From Camelus dromedarius (Eukaryota): a stretch of 64,000 nt of DNA. The notes below the pieces were generated by a model. It was not told where the DNA came from. It was given only the letters and a program-made list of their open reading frames with translations, and did no database searches. Shown piece after piece: positions 1-12,132 of this stretch; within the stretch, counting starts at the first letter, position 1, and each line of letters begins with the position of its first letter. The stretch covers positions 35,588,001 through 35,652,000 of the forward strand of contig NC_087450.1 of the NCBI RefSeq assembly GCF_036321535.1. Reading direction: 5' to 3'. The position numbers and the translations under genes are program-made.

Positions 1-1728
1 TGAAAATCTGATCAAATCTACAAAAGTGAAACTCCTAAAACTAGTAAAGGAACTTTTAAAGTTTGCAGGGTGCAAGATCAATATGCAAAAATTAATTATA
101 TTTCTGTATACTAGCAATAAGTGCAAATTGACACAAGGAAACCAGTACCATAAAAAATATAAAATGCTTGTGGTTAAATGTGACAAAAGATGGGCAAGAC
201 CTGTGTACTGAAAAGTATAAAATCTTGCTCAGAAAAAGTAAAGAAAACCAAAATAAGTGAAGAGATGTACCTTTCATGAAGACTCAACATTTTAACGATT
301 CCAATTCTTTCCAAATTGATCTAGAGATTCAACATAATCCCTATGAAAATCCCAGTAGGCATTTTTTTATATGTAGAAACTGTCAAGTTGTCATATGGAA
401 TGCAAAAGACCTAGAATAGTTAAAACAACTTTGAAAAAGAAGAACAAACTTGGAGGGGTGATGCTACTTGATTTTGAGACTTATTTTTTAGTGGCAGTGG
501 TTAAGATAGTGTGATAGAATCAAAAGATCAGTCAAACAAAATGAAGAGTATAGAGGCAGATCCACACATATATGAACAACTTTTTTAAAAACAAAAATGC
601 AAAGGCAATTCAGTGAGGAACACATGTTGCTGGAAATATTGGATACCTATATGCAAAGGGAAAAAATAAATTTTGGCCTGTACTAGGGAAGAAAATCTTT
701 GAAACCTTAGGTGAGGCAAAGATTTCTAAAGTACCTCACCAAAAACATGATCCATGAAAGAAAAACACTGATCAAACGTAAACCTTCTATTCTTCTAAAG
801 ACACCTTTCAGTGAATGAAAGGACAAGCCAAACTGAAAGAAAATATTGGCAAATATTTTATCTAACAGAAGACTTCTATCCACAATGTAGAAAGAATGCT
901 CAAAATACAGCAGTTAGGAAAACGTGCCATAAAAATTGACAGAAGTTTTGAACAGACATTTCACTACAGAAAATATACAGATAACAAACCCATGAAAAGA
1001 TATGCCCAACATCACTAGTCACTAACAAAATGCAAATTATAACCACACTGAAAAATCACTGTGTACCAAATAGAACGGCTCCAGTTAAAAAGACCATAGC
1101 ACATATTTGTGAGAACTTCAGAGAGGGTCTGGAACTCCCCTATATGCTAGCGCAAGTACAAAATGGTATAATCAGTTAGGAGACAGTTTCTTAAGAAGCT
1201 AATCATACACTTATCATATCCAACCATTCTACTTCTTGGTATTTACCCAAGAGAAAAGAAAGCATATATCTATACGAAGACTTGTACATCCAGAACCAAC
1301 CCAGATATCTATTAACAAGTGAATGAATAAACAAATTGTGGCATAGCAAAACCCTACAATACTGTTCAGGAATAAAAATGAACAATTTTTATGTGCAACA
1401 ACATGGCTGACTCTCCAAGTAATTACGTTGAATACAGGGAACCAGACTCACCCCCACCAAAAAAGTACATAATGGATCATTCCGTTTTTGTAAAATTATT
1501 GGAAATTCAAAATAATCTATAGTGACAGGGAGATCAGTGGTTGCCTAGGAAGGGAACAAAATCGGCATACGAGGAGATTTTGGGGAGTGATGGATTGTTT
1601 ATTATCTTGATTGTGGCAATAGTTTCACAGATACATATTCCAAAACTTATCAGATTTGTGAAACTGAGCACTTTAAATATGTTCAATTGATTGTATGTTA
1701 ATGATACCTCAGTAAAGCTATTAAAAAA
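1..1728 (+). mobile_element. Old L1 (L1MB/MC/ME-like): degenerate ORF2 C-terminal part plus 3' UTR
   Basis: ORF 26-211 reads KLLKLVKELLKFAGCKINMQKLIIFLYTSN, matching the L1 ORF2p motif LLELINEFSKVxGYKINxQKSxAFLYTxN. It ends in a typical L1M terminus (ttgtatgttaatgatacctcagtaaagctattaaaaaa, about 1690-1728). Confidence 0.93.
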
Positions 1729-4189
1729 CTGGAGCAACAGACCTTGAGAATATGAGAATAAACTGTGGAAAATTGTAAGATGTAAAACTAACCTACATTT
1801 GTTATAGGTGGTAAAGTCTAACATTACATCCAACAAGCCACGATTCCAAATCTAAAAGTAAGAGCTTTTGATTCTGTTTATGGGATAAGCTTGGTATCCA
1901 GTACTATCTTGTTTTTTTTTTTTTTTTTTTAATGAATGTGGTCCATTGGTTTTGGAATTAGGAGTCCATTCTTGAAAATATTTGGGAAATTTCCAGGAGA
2001 CGGAGGGAGGCACTTCCTCTGTCTATGGTGAAAATAGTGCCTGTCACTGTTGCTCATGATGATGACCCTGGTAGTTTGAGCTGTTGTGACGCAGACACGA
2101 TTTGTTCTTGTAGCTTGCAACCTCATGAATAAGCAAATGGAGTGATTCAAAGTACCCTATTAATACTTCCCTATGAGACAAGGGTAGGTAGAAACAAACT
2201 CAGCACATGTGCCCTTTAAAGGATGCTCCTATAAACTTCGCAACAAGGCAGGGGTGACTTGCATGTTTTAGATGTCAAGTAGAAAGCCTACAGCTTGAAG
2301 ATGAATCCTAAACCGTGAATTCTGTACTTAGCCTAGACAGAAGAGCCTGACGTAAGAAATCAAAAGGAGTGAAAAGGAGCTGTACCTCTTTGAGACAGAA
2401 GGGCATAGATGTAACGGCGGAAGAGAGGAGATAGGTCAGGACCCCGTGCCTTTGTTTCCTTTCACAAGCTTCCCTTTGTATTGATTTACATTTGATGCAG
2501 AAGAGTCAAGTCCTTTCTGAGTTTCTGAAGATGGTAAAGGCACCTTGGTTTTATTTTTGTTATAGATTCTAAAAGATATTTTTGCGGGAACAAATAACAA
2601 TGAACCTGTTTTGCAATCACAATATTCAAAGCAAAGTCTATTTTCAACATTTTTAATTATATCAGTAATTTGTGTTCATTTCTTGAGAAAAATAGAAGAC
2701 AAAGGTAAGAGAACAAAAACGAGATAAAACAAAAACTTAAATCTTCTCATAATTCCACTATGTGGGGATGTAAGTCTCAATATTTTGTGGATGTCCTTCC
2801 AGATGATTTCTGTATGTGTGTGTGTGCTTGTGCACGTGCGTGCATGTGATACAGAGATCATACTGGAAATATTGTTCTATAACCTTATTTTCTCTCAACC
2901 ACAAGTTATCAGACTCTCCATTCATGTTAGAAGCATACTTCTATACCACCATCTTAATACCTTCAACTTGTCTCATTCTGTGAACGCACCAAAAATAATT
3001 TAAACCAATTTCAAAGCTGCTAAGGTCCGTTTCTCTCTAATTTCCTTTTAATTTTTCTGAAGGAATGAAGATTTTTCTCTATATCATGATTCCAGCAGAA
3101 ATTGATTAAAAAGCTATAGTTCTGTGTTTTAAATGATGAAGTGCTTTTGGTGGCATGCCTTTTGGACTGAATTTTACAGTGCTTGTAACACTGAGCACCC
3201 TTTACTGGTCCTAACGTGGTGTTTATGTGCATATTTTGGGCATCACTGCTCTAATCACAGAACAGAATTAGACCTTTTCCACTGGCTGACCTCTTAGGGA
3301 ACCTTATTCATTTCTTTCAGCTTCTAAACTGACAGATTGATGCTAATGTATGAAATTTATTTAAAATATAAAGGAACCTCACATGTTTAGACAATTAACT
3401 AATAAGGGTGAGGTCAAAAGACACCAAATTTTTCTTTTAAGCTAATGTAAAAAATATCTTAAGACCTCCGGCTGGCTCTTGGATAGTATGAAGGTGTGTG
3501 GCTGTAGATGCCTGCGAAGCTGTATTTTGATGCCAGTTTGTGACCAAATCCAACTCTTGGGACTGTGGCAGTGAGCTGTGTACAGAATGTATCCTACTGA
3601 GAGCAAAGGGACCGAGGAGGTAATCTTTAAGGTTTGTGAGCTTGGGAGGTCTCTTAGTCTCTCTGGGATTCAGGCTGTCCATTTTTTAAATGATAGCTTG
3701 TAGAAGATAGCTCCAAGCTGTCCTCCAGTGCAAACATTCTGTGGTTCAGTGCCAGGGAACTCTGGAGCCCAGGCCTGAAGTCAGGGCTGCTGCTACAGGC
3801 CCAGATACTGCATATCCCTGGCTGCTTGGCCTGCGTCCCTGGCCACTGACCTCATCTCACCCACTGCTCTTTCTCTCCTATTTGGCCTCTCACCCTGCAC
3901 TCAGGTCTTAACTCTGCCCCTTGGCCTTCTTTACCTTGTACTTTGTGTCCTCATTCCTCAGTTATGTCCTGCCCTTTGCTGCCACGTCCCATGGGGTTGA
4001 CCCACGCCTGTTTGGTCCTCATAGCCCTTGGCCTGCACTATAAACATGCCGCCTGGGCTCATGGCATCCAAAGCTGGTCATGACGGTGAGTTGAATCTGT
4101 TCCAACTCTACATCTGGAAGAAAAGGAGAGCTTTCATCCCAGCAGTCTTGTACTTGTAATTGCTGTAAAGATATTATTGCCGACACATG

Positions 4190-4512
4190 CTGCCTATGAA
4201 CTTGAAAACATTATGCTAAGTGAAAGAAGTCAGCCACAGGGGCCACATACATATGATTCCATATATATATGAAATATCCAGCATAAGCCAGTTCACAGAG
4301 ACAGAAAGTAGCTTAGTGATTGGCAGGGGCTGGGGGAGGGGGGAAATGGCAGTGACTGGTAATTGCTACAGGTTTCTTTTTTGGGTGGTTAAAATATTCT
4401 GAAATTAGAGAGTGATGATGGTTGCACAACCTTGTGAATATACTAAAAGCCACTGAATTATATGCTTTTAATAGGGTAGATTTTATGGTATATAAATTAC
4501 AGCTCAAAAATA
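4190..4512 (+). mobile_element. L1MB-type 3' UTR fragment
   Basis: cttgaaaacattatgctaagtgaaagaagtcag...gatggttgcacaaccttgtgaatatactaaaagccactgaatt are hallmark L1MB 3' UTR motifs. Confidence 0.9.
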
Positions 4513-5099
4513 TTTATTGACTAAGTAAAACATTCAGGTAACCATTTATTTACACAGTATGAATTGCTTAGCCATTTGGGAATATTTCAATAACCAATTT
4601 CAGGGAGATGGTAGGGGCCATGTAGGTACAGCCAAAAACACAGGTGCTTTTTATCTGGGTGCCTCCCAGAACCGGAAGTCCTCCCTGGGGAGGAGTTCCC
4701 CTTGATCACTGCAGAGAGCAGCAGGAGCTGCAGCAAATATCTGCAAACTTTATTCCTGGGTTGAAAATGTAGTTCTTGTCATTAAAACACATTAAAAACC
4801 ACACCTTGGCTAAGACAGTAAATAGGGAAGAAGTGGGATTTTTGCCTGAAGTGCTCTCACTTTGGTATCCGTTCCCTCCAAAGCTAAATTCAGTTTTAAA
4901 AAGAAAGGAAACATCAACAATAACAAAAACAAGCTGGATTTCACTAGTGTTTTTCCCCCCGGCAAAAATAATTGATTCAACTGGATATTTCACTGTTTCG
5001 TAGAGGAGTTTTAGGTTGAGTGAACATCGTGTCAGTATCTTCAGTTAGCTTTGGAGCCCAACTGCCCACAGGACCCAGTGCCCCAGATATTTGTGGGGA

Positions 5100-5230
5100 A
5101 TATATTTTCCTATACAATTCCCCCAGGCAGGTTTATATCCCGTCATCTTACCTGCTGAGAGTCTGTCCTATTTTTAATGACCTCCAGAGAAAAGACGTCT
5201 TCAAAGGGATGGGATGACAAAGCTTTTGCC
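5100..5230 (-). mobile_element. Possible L3/CR1 3' fragment
   Basis: Minus strand ctctggaggtcattaaaaataggacag resembles the recalled CR1/L3 3' motif ctggaggtnttcaagnagaggctggac. Highly diverged. Confidence 0.3.
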
Positions 5231-5579
5231 CTCTGCAGCAATCCCAGTGGAGCTAATCAGCCAGGTGTCTGATCTCCATCAGAAATAATTGTGAGCCCAG
5301 CACACCTTTAGGGTTTTTTTTTTAAATTCCATTTTGATTTTTTTTCCAGCAGAGAAATTCCTTCTGCATCCTGAGTGAATTTCAGCACTAGGATATTAGT
5401 CAGGACTTCCAGAAGTCCTAGTGGCTCAGGGCCTTACAGCATCCCTTCCCAAGTTCTTCCCCTTATTTGCTGCTCGGCAGAAAAGATCCAGGCTCCCCCA
5501 AACCGAGAAGCCACTGGTTACTTCCATCACATGTTGCATCGGATGTATCCTGTGCCTCTTCCACTCCACCCTCTCTGTC

Positions 5580-5720
5580 TCTTGATGGCCAGTTGGAGAG
5601 GCGTCTAGCTTGATCTGGTCCTTTTGCAGAAGAAGAAACTAAGATGAGGTGTAGACTTGTCCAGGATGATCCAGGAAGGTGGTGACTGATTGAGAATCCA
5701 GATATTGAGGCTCTAGTTGG
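5580..5720 (-). mobile_element. MIR (MIRb/MIR3-like)
   Basis: ttttgcagaagaagaaactaagatgagg...gacttgtccaggatg resembles the MIR core cagatgaggaaactgagg...gacttgcccaagg. Confidence 0.6.
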
Positions 5721-5992
5721 GTGATTCCATACAATGGCCATGCTGCCATTCTGTTTCCTATGATTCTACTTCGATTCTTTCTCCTTTCACCACAGGAAGA
5801 GTTATTAAGATATTGTCACGGCAGCAAATCATGAAACTAGTGAAAGGCAGGTACCACAGAGGAAGAGCAACTTCCAAATGGGTTTCTTAGGCTTGAGAAG
5901 CAACACTTTTGAATTGTGTTTGTTCTGATTTGCATTACTTTATTTCATTATTTTATTTCTTTTTTCCAAATGTTTCAGCCATTTTTTGGCTC

Positions 5993-6483
5993 TTTTATAT
6001 TGAAGTATAGTTTATTTACAATGTTGTATTAGTTTTGGGATGTGCAGCAAAGTGACTCAATTATACATATACATATATATTCTTTTTCAGATTCTTTTCC
6101 ATTATAGATTATTACAAGACATTGAATATAGTTCCCTGTGCTATACAGTAGGTCCTTGTTATCTGTTTTATACACAGTAATGTGTACCTGTTAATGCCAA
6201 ACTCCTAATTTATCCCTCCCCCACCCTTTCCCCTTTGGTAACTGTAGTATGTTTTCCATGTCTGTAAGTCGATTTCTGGTTTGTAAAGAAGTTCATTTGT
6301 GTCATTTTTTTAGATTCCACATATAAGAGATATCATATGATATTAGTCTTTCTTTGACTTTTTTCACTTAGTCTGATAATCTCTAGGTCCAACCATGTTG
6401 CTACAAATGGCATTATTCCATTCTTTTTTTATGGCTAAGTAGTATTCTATTGTATATATATATACACCACATCTTTATCCATT
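5993..6483 (-). mobile_element. Cetartiodactyl-type L1 3' end
   Basis: ttttatattgaagtatagtttatttacaatgttg...attgaatatagttccctgtgctatacagtaggtcc...gttgctacaaatggcattattccattc is an antisense L1 3' UTR. Confidence 0.93.
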
Positions 6484-6984
6484 GGCTCAGAACTGGCAAC
6501 TGGCTCTAGAGTTGGCTGCTCAGGACGTTACATTATCACAACCCAGTGCTGCCAGTGGCCACTAATGCAGACTGCAGCACTAACTATCCACTTTCCCTCC
6601 TGGACAGTTCCAGAGCCTTCGCTGTTATCCCATGCCACTGAAAGGACAAACTCAATGGAACAGGGGGCAGCACTCCTAAATTGACACTTGTGAATTTGTT
6701 TCATTATTTGAACAAAGTGTGTTACCCTCCAGGTACTTCTGATAATCAGGAGCCTTGGCTGCCTGTACTGAGAAACTGAACCAGAGACTGGAACCCCTCT
6801 AGGCAATTTCTAGTGCTAAAACCCAAAGAGGGTGTTAATAAAGGGCTTTTGGTTTTTAGTTGAATTATTTGTATCATGATTATTTCAATTTATGGACTGA
6901 AAAAGCCTTTATTACAGTAAATGTGGGAACACTCTTTATTAAACAAACAAACAAAAAAAATCAGAGATTAGTCTTCTGACTCAT

Positions 6985-7128
6985 CACAATATTCCTTCAG
7001 CCTAGATTGATGGAAAGTATTAGCTTCCCCATTCTCTAGATAGGAAAATGAGAGCCAAAATGTTGTTTCCCGGAGCCAACCAACCGTGGAGCCTGGCCCT
7101 GACTTCAGACCTGCGGCTTTCCACTCCG
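6985..7128 (-). mobile_element. MIR fragment
   Basis: ccccattctctagataggaaaatgagagcc...cctgacttcagacctgcggctttcc. Confidence 0.55.
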
Positions 7129-8386
7129 TGCGGGAGCCGGCACTAGGGCTAAAATTACGAAACCGTATTCGGAAAGGAAAGGTTTGCCATTATTTGGGCA
7201 AAGGCCTACAGACTTTGGCAATGGGACCGAGTGTCACACTTTCCTTTGGCAACTGTGGGTATTCCAGTCCAATCGGTATATAGTTCCAAGAACTTTCCCC
7301 GTGGGCCTATTTTTGGCTTTCATTTGCAGAATGTTACGGGATAATAACATCTACCATGTCCGTGTCTAAAAGTTTGCACGGCAGTGTTCCATGCTGCGCA
7401 CCCCCTTCTCCGTCTCTCTCCTTTTTATGTGTCCTCAAATGCCCTTGTCCCTGGGGATTCTCCAGTCAGACTTCTTGCTCAGTTTCATACTCACACTCTT
7501 CTGTCTTCCTTGCCTCCATATCCGAATACAATTTAAACTCCTTCAACTTGTGACCTCCGTTAAGTGAGCCCAAATGCTAACAGTATTTATCTTCGCTCTA
7601 CGATCTGATGCTCAGACCACAGCCCCACAGCTCGGCTCCTCATCCCTCCATCCCATAAACATGGACTCTCCCTGGCATCTGTCTTACTTGGTTCCCCAAG
7701 CTTATCTGCTGGCTGGCTGGCTGGCTGTGGATCCGTGGTCAGATGTCAGACGCACTTGTGTGGAAGCACGAGCATCTCAGAGTAAAAGGGGCCTTGGAAA
7801 TGCATCCATCCTCACAAACCTGTAGGGAAAAAGATGCAGCTGCTCGAGAGCCTGCCTTGAGGTGAGCCCGGCTCCCAAACGCACCATTCTGCTTGAATTC
7901 ATTTACCGAGTTCTACATACACACACTCCTTTGTGTCCTTTACCGAGTGTGCACAGCATGTCAAAAAAGCAGTACAAACTTCCTTTTAAAAAATGTTCCT
8001 TATTATTGTAAGGGCCTCATTTTTCTTAGAAATAGTTATACTCCATCTGAATTATTCTGTAAGATAAGCTGTCTTTCTTTCCTCATAACGTGCCTGGTAA
8101 ATACATCCACGGAAATTCATTATGTCAGTGAAGTAGTTAGATGTTTATCTTTGGCATCTGCAAGTGTCATTTCCTCTAGATGAGGCCAGAAAGGTAAATT
8201 GTTATCGTTACCAGGGAACATGAGGACATCGGCAGTTCATGTGTTTTTCTAACCAGCTTTTCTTGAGCCCTTACTATGTGCCCGTGTTCATCACACACTC
8301 TGAAATGTTAGTGATCCTTTTTCCCGGCTCTGCAACTTGATCCTTCATTTCAGTTATTGATTTACATGTCTGCCTCCCTCCTAGAC

Positions 8387-8612
8387 CAGTGATTCTCAAC
8401 CAGGGGCAATTTTGCCCCCCAGGGGACATCTGGCAATGCCCAGAGACATTTTTATTGCTACATCTGGGCAAGTGCTACTGATATCTAATGGGTAGAGGCC
8501 AGGGATGCTGCTAAACAGCTTTTAATTCACAAGAGAGCCGCCCCCTCCCCCTGCCCCTGAACAAAGAATGATCAGCACCAAATGTGACTAACACTGAGGT
8601 TAAGAAACCCTC
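8387..8612 (+). mobile_element. MER20 (hAT-Charlie MITE) inserted into an L2 3' fragment
   Basis: Starts cagtgattctcaaccaggggcaattttgccccccaggggacatctggcaatg and ends gttaagaaaccct. Flanks are tcctagac / ccccagac. L2 sequence continues across it (ctccctcctagac...tatgtgccttgagggcaggaactgtgtc). Confidence 0.92.
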
Positions 8613-8782
8613 CCCCAGACTATGTGCCTTGAGGGCAGGAACTGTGTCATGATCATCTTAGAGTGTCCACTAGGATCATCTTAGAGGTCCACTGTAGAAG
8701 GACCTCCGCCAAATGCTGGCAGTGATAATAAGGTTGAAATTGCAGGAATGCAAGACGAATAGGGTAAAGCCCCTTTCCTGGA

Positions 8783-8938
8783 GATTTGCTACTCCTGTTT
8801 GGCCCTGGACCCTCAGAGTTACTGTCACCTGGAAAGTTGTTAGAACTGCAAGCCCTACTCCAGATCTGCTGAAACAGAATCTGCATTTTAACAAAATCTT
8901 CTGGTGATTCATACACATGTTAAAGTGGAGAAGCACTG
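8783..8938 (+). mobile_element. MER5A1-like hAT MITE
   Basis: tcacctggaaagttgttagaactgca...gaatctgcattttaacaaaatcttctggtgattc...gagaagcactg. Confidence 0.85.
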
Positions 8939-10969
8939 ACCCAAAGGGTTTTAGAGTTAAGTGGGTGGAGTGGATAGGCTGAAGATGCTCCGAAGCTAAG
9001 GTCCAAGTTCACCTGGCAGCGATGAGCCCAGCAACACCACCTGGGTTCAGCTCTGGCGCACACAGTCTAGGTGAGCAAGGCGGTAGCCCAGAAAACAGCT
9101 GGAGTTGGGGGCCGCCTAGCCACAGCTGGTGACCCAGACAAAACAAGGCAGAACCCATGGACTAGAAGGCTGTGGTGGTGATGAACCAGCAGACACTTGT
9201 AGCACAAGGAAAAGGGTGAGACAAGACTCTGCACAGCCCATGTCAAAGCAGAAGGCTGCCAAGCAGCGCCAAGGAGGCTGACAGTGGGAAAGGACAGGCC
9301 GCATGCCAAACCGGGGAGAGGCCAAGGCTCTGAGACTGCAGGGGTGAGAGGCAGCAGCCCAGACTGGCTACAGGCCGTTCATTCCATTGTCTGGGTGGCT
9401 CGAGTTCATTAGGGGAATCGAGTTACTCGGAATCCTTATACAATAGCTCGCAGTCCTTCCAGGACTTGATAATGTGGTAATTAACAAGGGGATTCCAGGA
9501 ATGCCTTGGATTTGAGTTCTGTCTGTAGCAGACTGATATGTCTGGAATCTGGATACTGAAAATCACTAGTCCAGCATCCTGCTCGTGATTTCCTTCACGA
9601 AGGATCACATGGATTGAAAATTGGAGCAAAAGGGCAAATACAAACCAGAGGAAGGAAATCTCAGAGGACTCCGTTCCTGATAGCATTTGTCAGGTTTCCT
9701 AGAGCCCTTCTGTGTTTGCCTGTTGTCAGGATACTACCACTGCGCCTCTCATAAAGGTTATGAGAGCTATTAAAGGACTTTGATTTGTGCATTGGTTTGA
9801 AAGCTGCTGGAGTTTTTTTAAGGAGCTCTTGACTTAACCAAGCTCTCTTGGTCAAATACATCTTGCTGTTCAGGGTTCTGGTGACAGCCTAGCGGTGGCC
9901 TGGAACATTTCACTTGCTCTGGAAGGTGAAGGAGGGTTATCAGCTGCCCATACTGTGGTTGGATGGACAGCCCTGTCCCTTAGCACAGTAACTGGTCTTC
10001 ACTCTCTCCCCAGATTAGCTTCCGCCATTGTCTCTGTCTCAGACTTATCTCAGACTTGAACAACAGGAGGTCTGGAAAACCCAGAATCCCTTCCTGTTGT
10101 TAAAAGGAGAAGTTGCTTCATCTTCTGGGAACTCACCAGTGAGTTCCCCAGAGTATATTTATAGCAAATTATGCTTCTGAATGGTTTCCGTGACTTCCTT
10201 TCAGATTATGACCAGGCTTTGCACAGGAAGTCATTACCACATGTGATTTTCTCTTCCTCCCACACCTTTAGGAGCACAAATGCAGGCCACCAGATACTAG
10301 AGATCCCCCAAATTTGAGATGGTTCAAGAAAGGCAAAGCCGAGTTAGTGCAGCATCTTTTGACATGGCTGCACTTGCCACAACTCAGCGTACGCTGCCTA
10401 TGCAGTCCATCTTATACTGAAAATATCAGTCAGTGCCTAAACAGTATCTCCTCCTTCCACTCCCCCAGCCCAAGTGTTTGGCCCCCTGAGAACTCTGGCC
10501 ACTGACGAGACTCTGAATGTGATGAGTAGGTTTGCAGCTAAGCAGGTAATGACACTTGAAGTAAAATTTCCTTCTCTTTGGGAAAAGTTCTTTCCTGATG
10601 TTTGGGAGGATGGGGGAGTCTGGGACGGTGCAAAGTTTTTAAACTGGAAGAACATAGCATCATCGTAGGGTCAGCTGAGAATTACACTTCTGGAAACAGC
10701 CACTTGTCCCAAATAAATCAGATTCTGGCAGGGTGTAGTCACAGTACACAGATTCACTTAGTGTTGCTGGTGCTCACCGCCTACAAGAAAGGGAGAAATT
10801 GAAAACGCCTGATTGGTTTTGCTTCTTTTGGATGTTGAGATCTCCATGGACTCCCAAAGCTGGGCAGGCAAGCACTTTTCAGATCCTCTGGCCCACATTC
10901 AGAATTTTCTGGATAAGGAAACAGAGACTTTGAAGGACAGAGTAGCCTAAAGGTCTTACTTTTGGATGT

Positions 10970-11190
10970 TGGATTCTTACTTATGTTCTACTACTAACCT
11001 AGCCACTAACTAGCTTTGTGGTCCTGGGCAAGTTATACCAACTCCCCTGAATTTAGTGTCTTTATCTCTAAGAAGAAGCCTTATGACATCTAGTTTATAG
11101 GGTTGTTCTAAATCTTAAAAGGAATAATACGTGTAAAGCACTTAGCAAATTCTTAACATGTAGAATACAATGAACAAACCTTATCACTAT
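10970..11190 (+). mobile_element. MIR
   Basis: ccactaactagctttgtggtcctgggcaagtta...taatacgtgtaaagcacttagca. Confidence 0.75.
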
Positions 11191-11194
11191 TTCG

Positions 11195-11331
11195 TTGTTG
11201 TTTTTGGGGAGGTAGGTAATTAGGTTTTTGTTTTTTTTTTTTTTAATTTTTTTTAATGGAGGTACTGGGGATTGAACCCAGGACTTCATGCATGCTGAGC
11301 ATGTGCTCTACCACTGAGCTATGCCCTCCCC
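11195..11331 (-). mobile_element. Camelid tRNA-Ala-derived SINE (Vic-1-like), full length
   Basis: Reverse complement reads GGGGAGGGCATAGCTCAGTGGTAGAGCACATGCTCAGCATGCATGAAGTCCTGGGTTCAATCCCCAGTACCTCCA, then an A-rich tract and AACCTAATTACC. Pol III A and B boxes are intact. Confidence 0.92.
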
Positions 11332-11919
11332 CACCCCACTCCACCCACTCCGTTACCATTGTTTTTATTGTTGTTATTGTCCAAGGTCACGGAGCTAGTT
11401 TGGTGCAAGAGGCAGGTTGCAAAGATGGACCACACTACTCTCTGCCAGAAGAACTTCCTTGACCTCCTTCCATCCTCTGTTCCCACAAAATTGTAGGGAT
11501 TGTCAATCACATTTTCCTATTTCTCTTCACTTTGAAAAATTCCTATCCTCAAAAAGGATGGTTAAATATTGATTCTTCTGAATATGAATGGAGTTGCCTT
11601 GACCTACCCGTGTGAGATGTGTTGGTTACCCCTGCCCAGTCCTTTGGTCTATGTATTTGGCGATGACAAAACTCAGAGCCTAGGGGGCTTCGGCTCAGAG
11701 GTTGTGTCCGAGGTTTGCTCTGCAGAGAATTCCTGGGCTCACAGGGGTACAGTGGCGCTCCGAAGAATTCTAATCCATCGTGCACATCTTGTTCCAGTTT
11801 TATTCTGAGGAGCTGAAACAACACTTTATCGTGACTCAGCCAAGGAAATAAACCAGAAATGTACAATATCTTCTCTATGGAATAGAATATTCTAGATTTC
11901 ATGCACCCAGCTTTCCAAA

Positions 11920-12132
11920 GCAGTGGACCATAAAGGCTTTGGAATCTAGAGCTAAATGGAGATCCTGGCTCCGCAATGTACTATGATCTTCTGTTCGTTA
12001 TGTGACTTCTCCAAGCCTGTTTTCTCATATGCGAAAGGGGTGTAATACCAGTGACAACTTCACAGGATTGCTTGGAGGACGATGAGGCATTATTTAATAC
12101 GTGCCTGGTATCTGTGAGAGGAACGTAAATGT
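11920..12132 (+). mobile_element. MIR
   Basis: ggctttggaatctagagc...gatcctggctccgc...gcctgttttctcatatgcgaaagggg. Confidence 0.7.

Noticed and set aside
8651-8693. About 21-bp tandem duplication gatcatcttagag(t)gtccact
   Set aside because: Ordinary slippage duplication in L2-derived DNA; only two units.
11255-11331. tRNA-Ala(AGC) gene
   Set aside because: The acceptor stem is imperfect, C replaces U33, an A-rich SINE tail follows, and related copies are dispersed. It is a SINE head.
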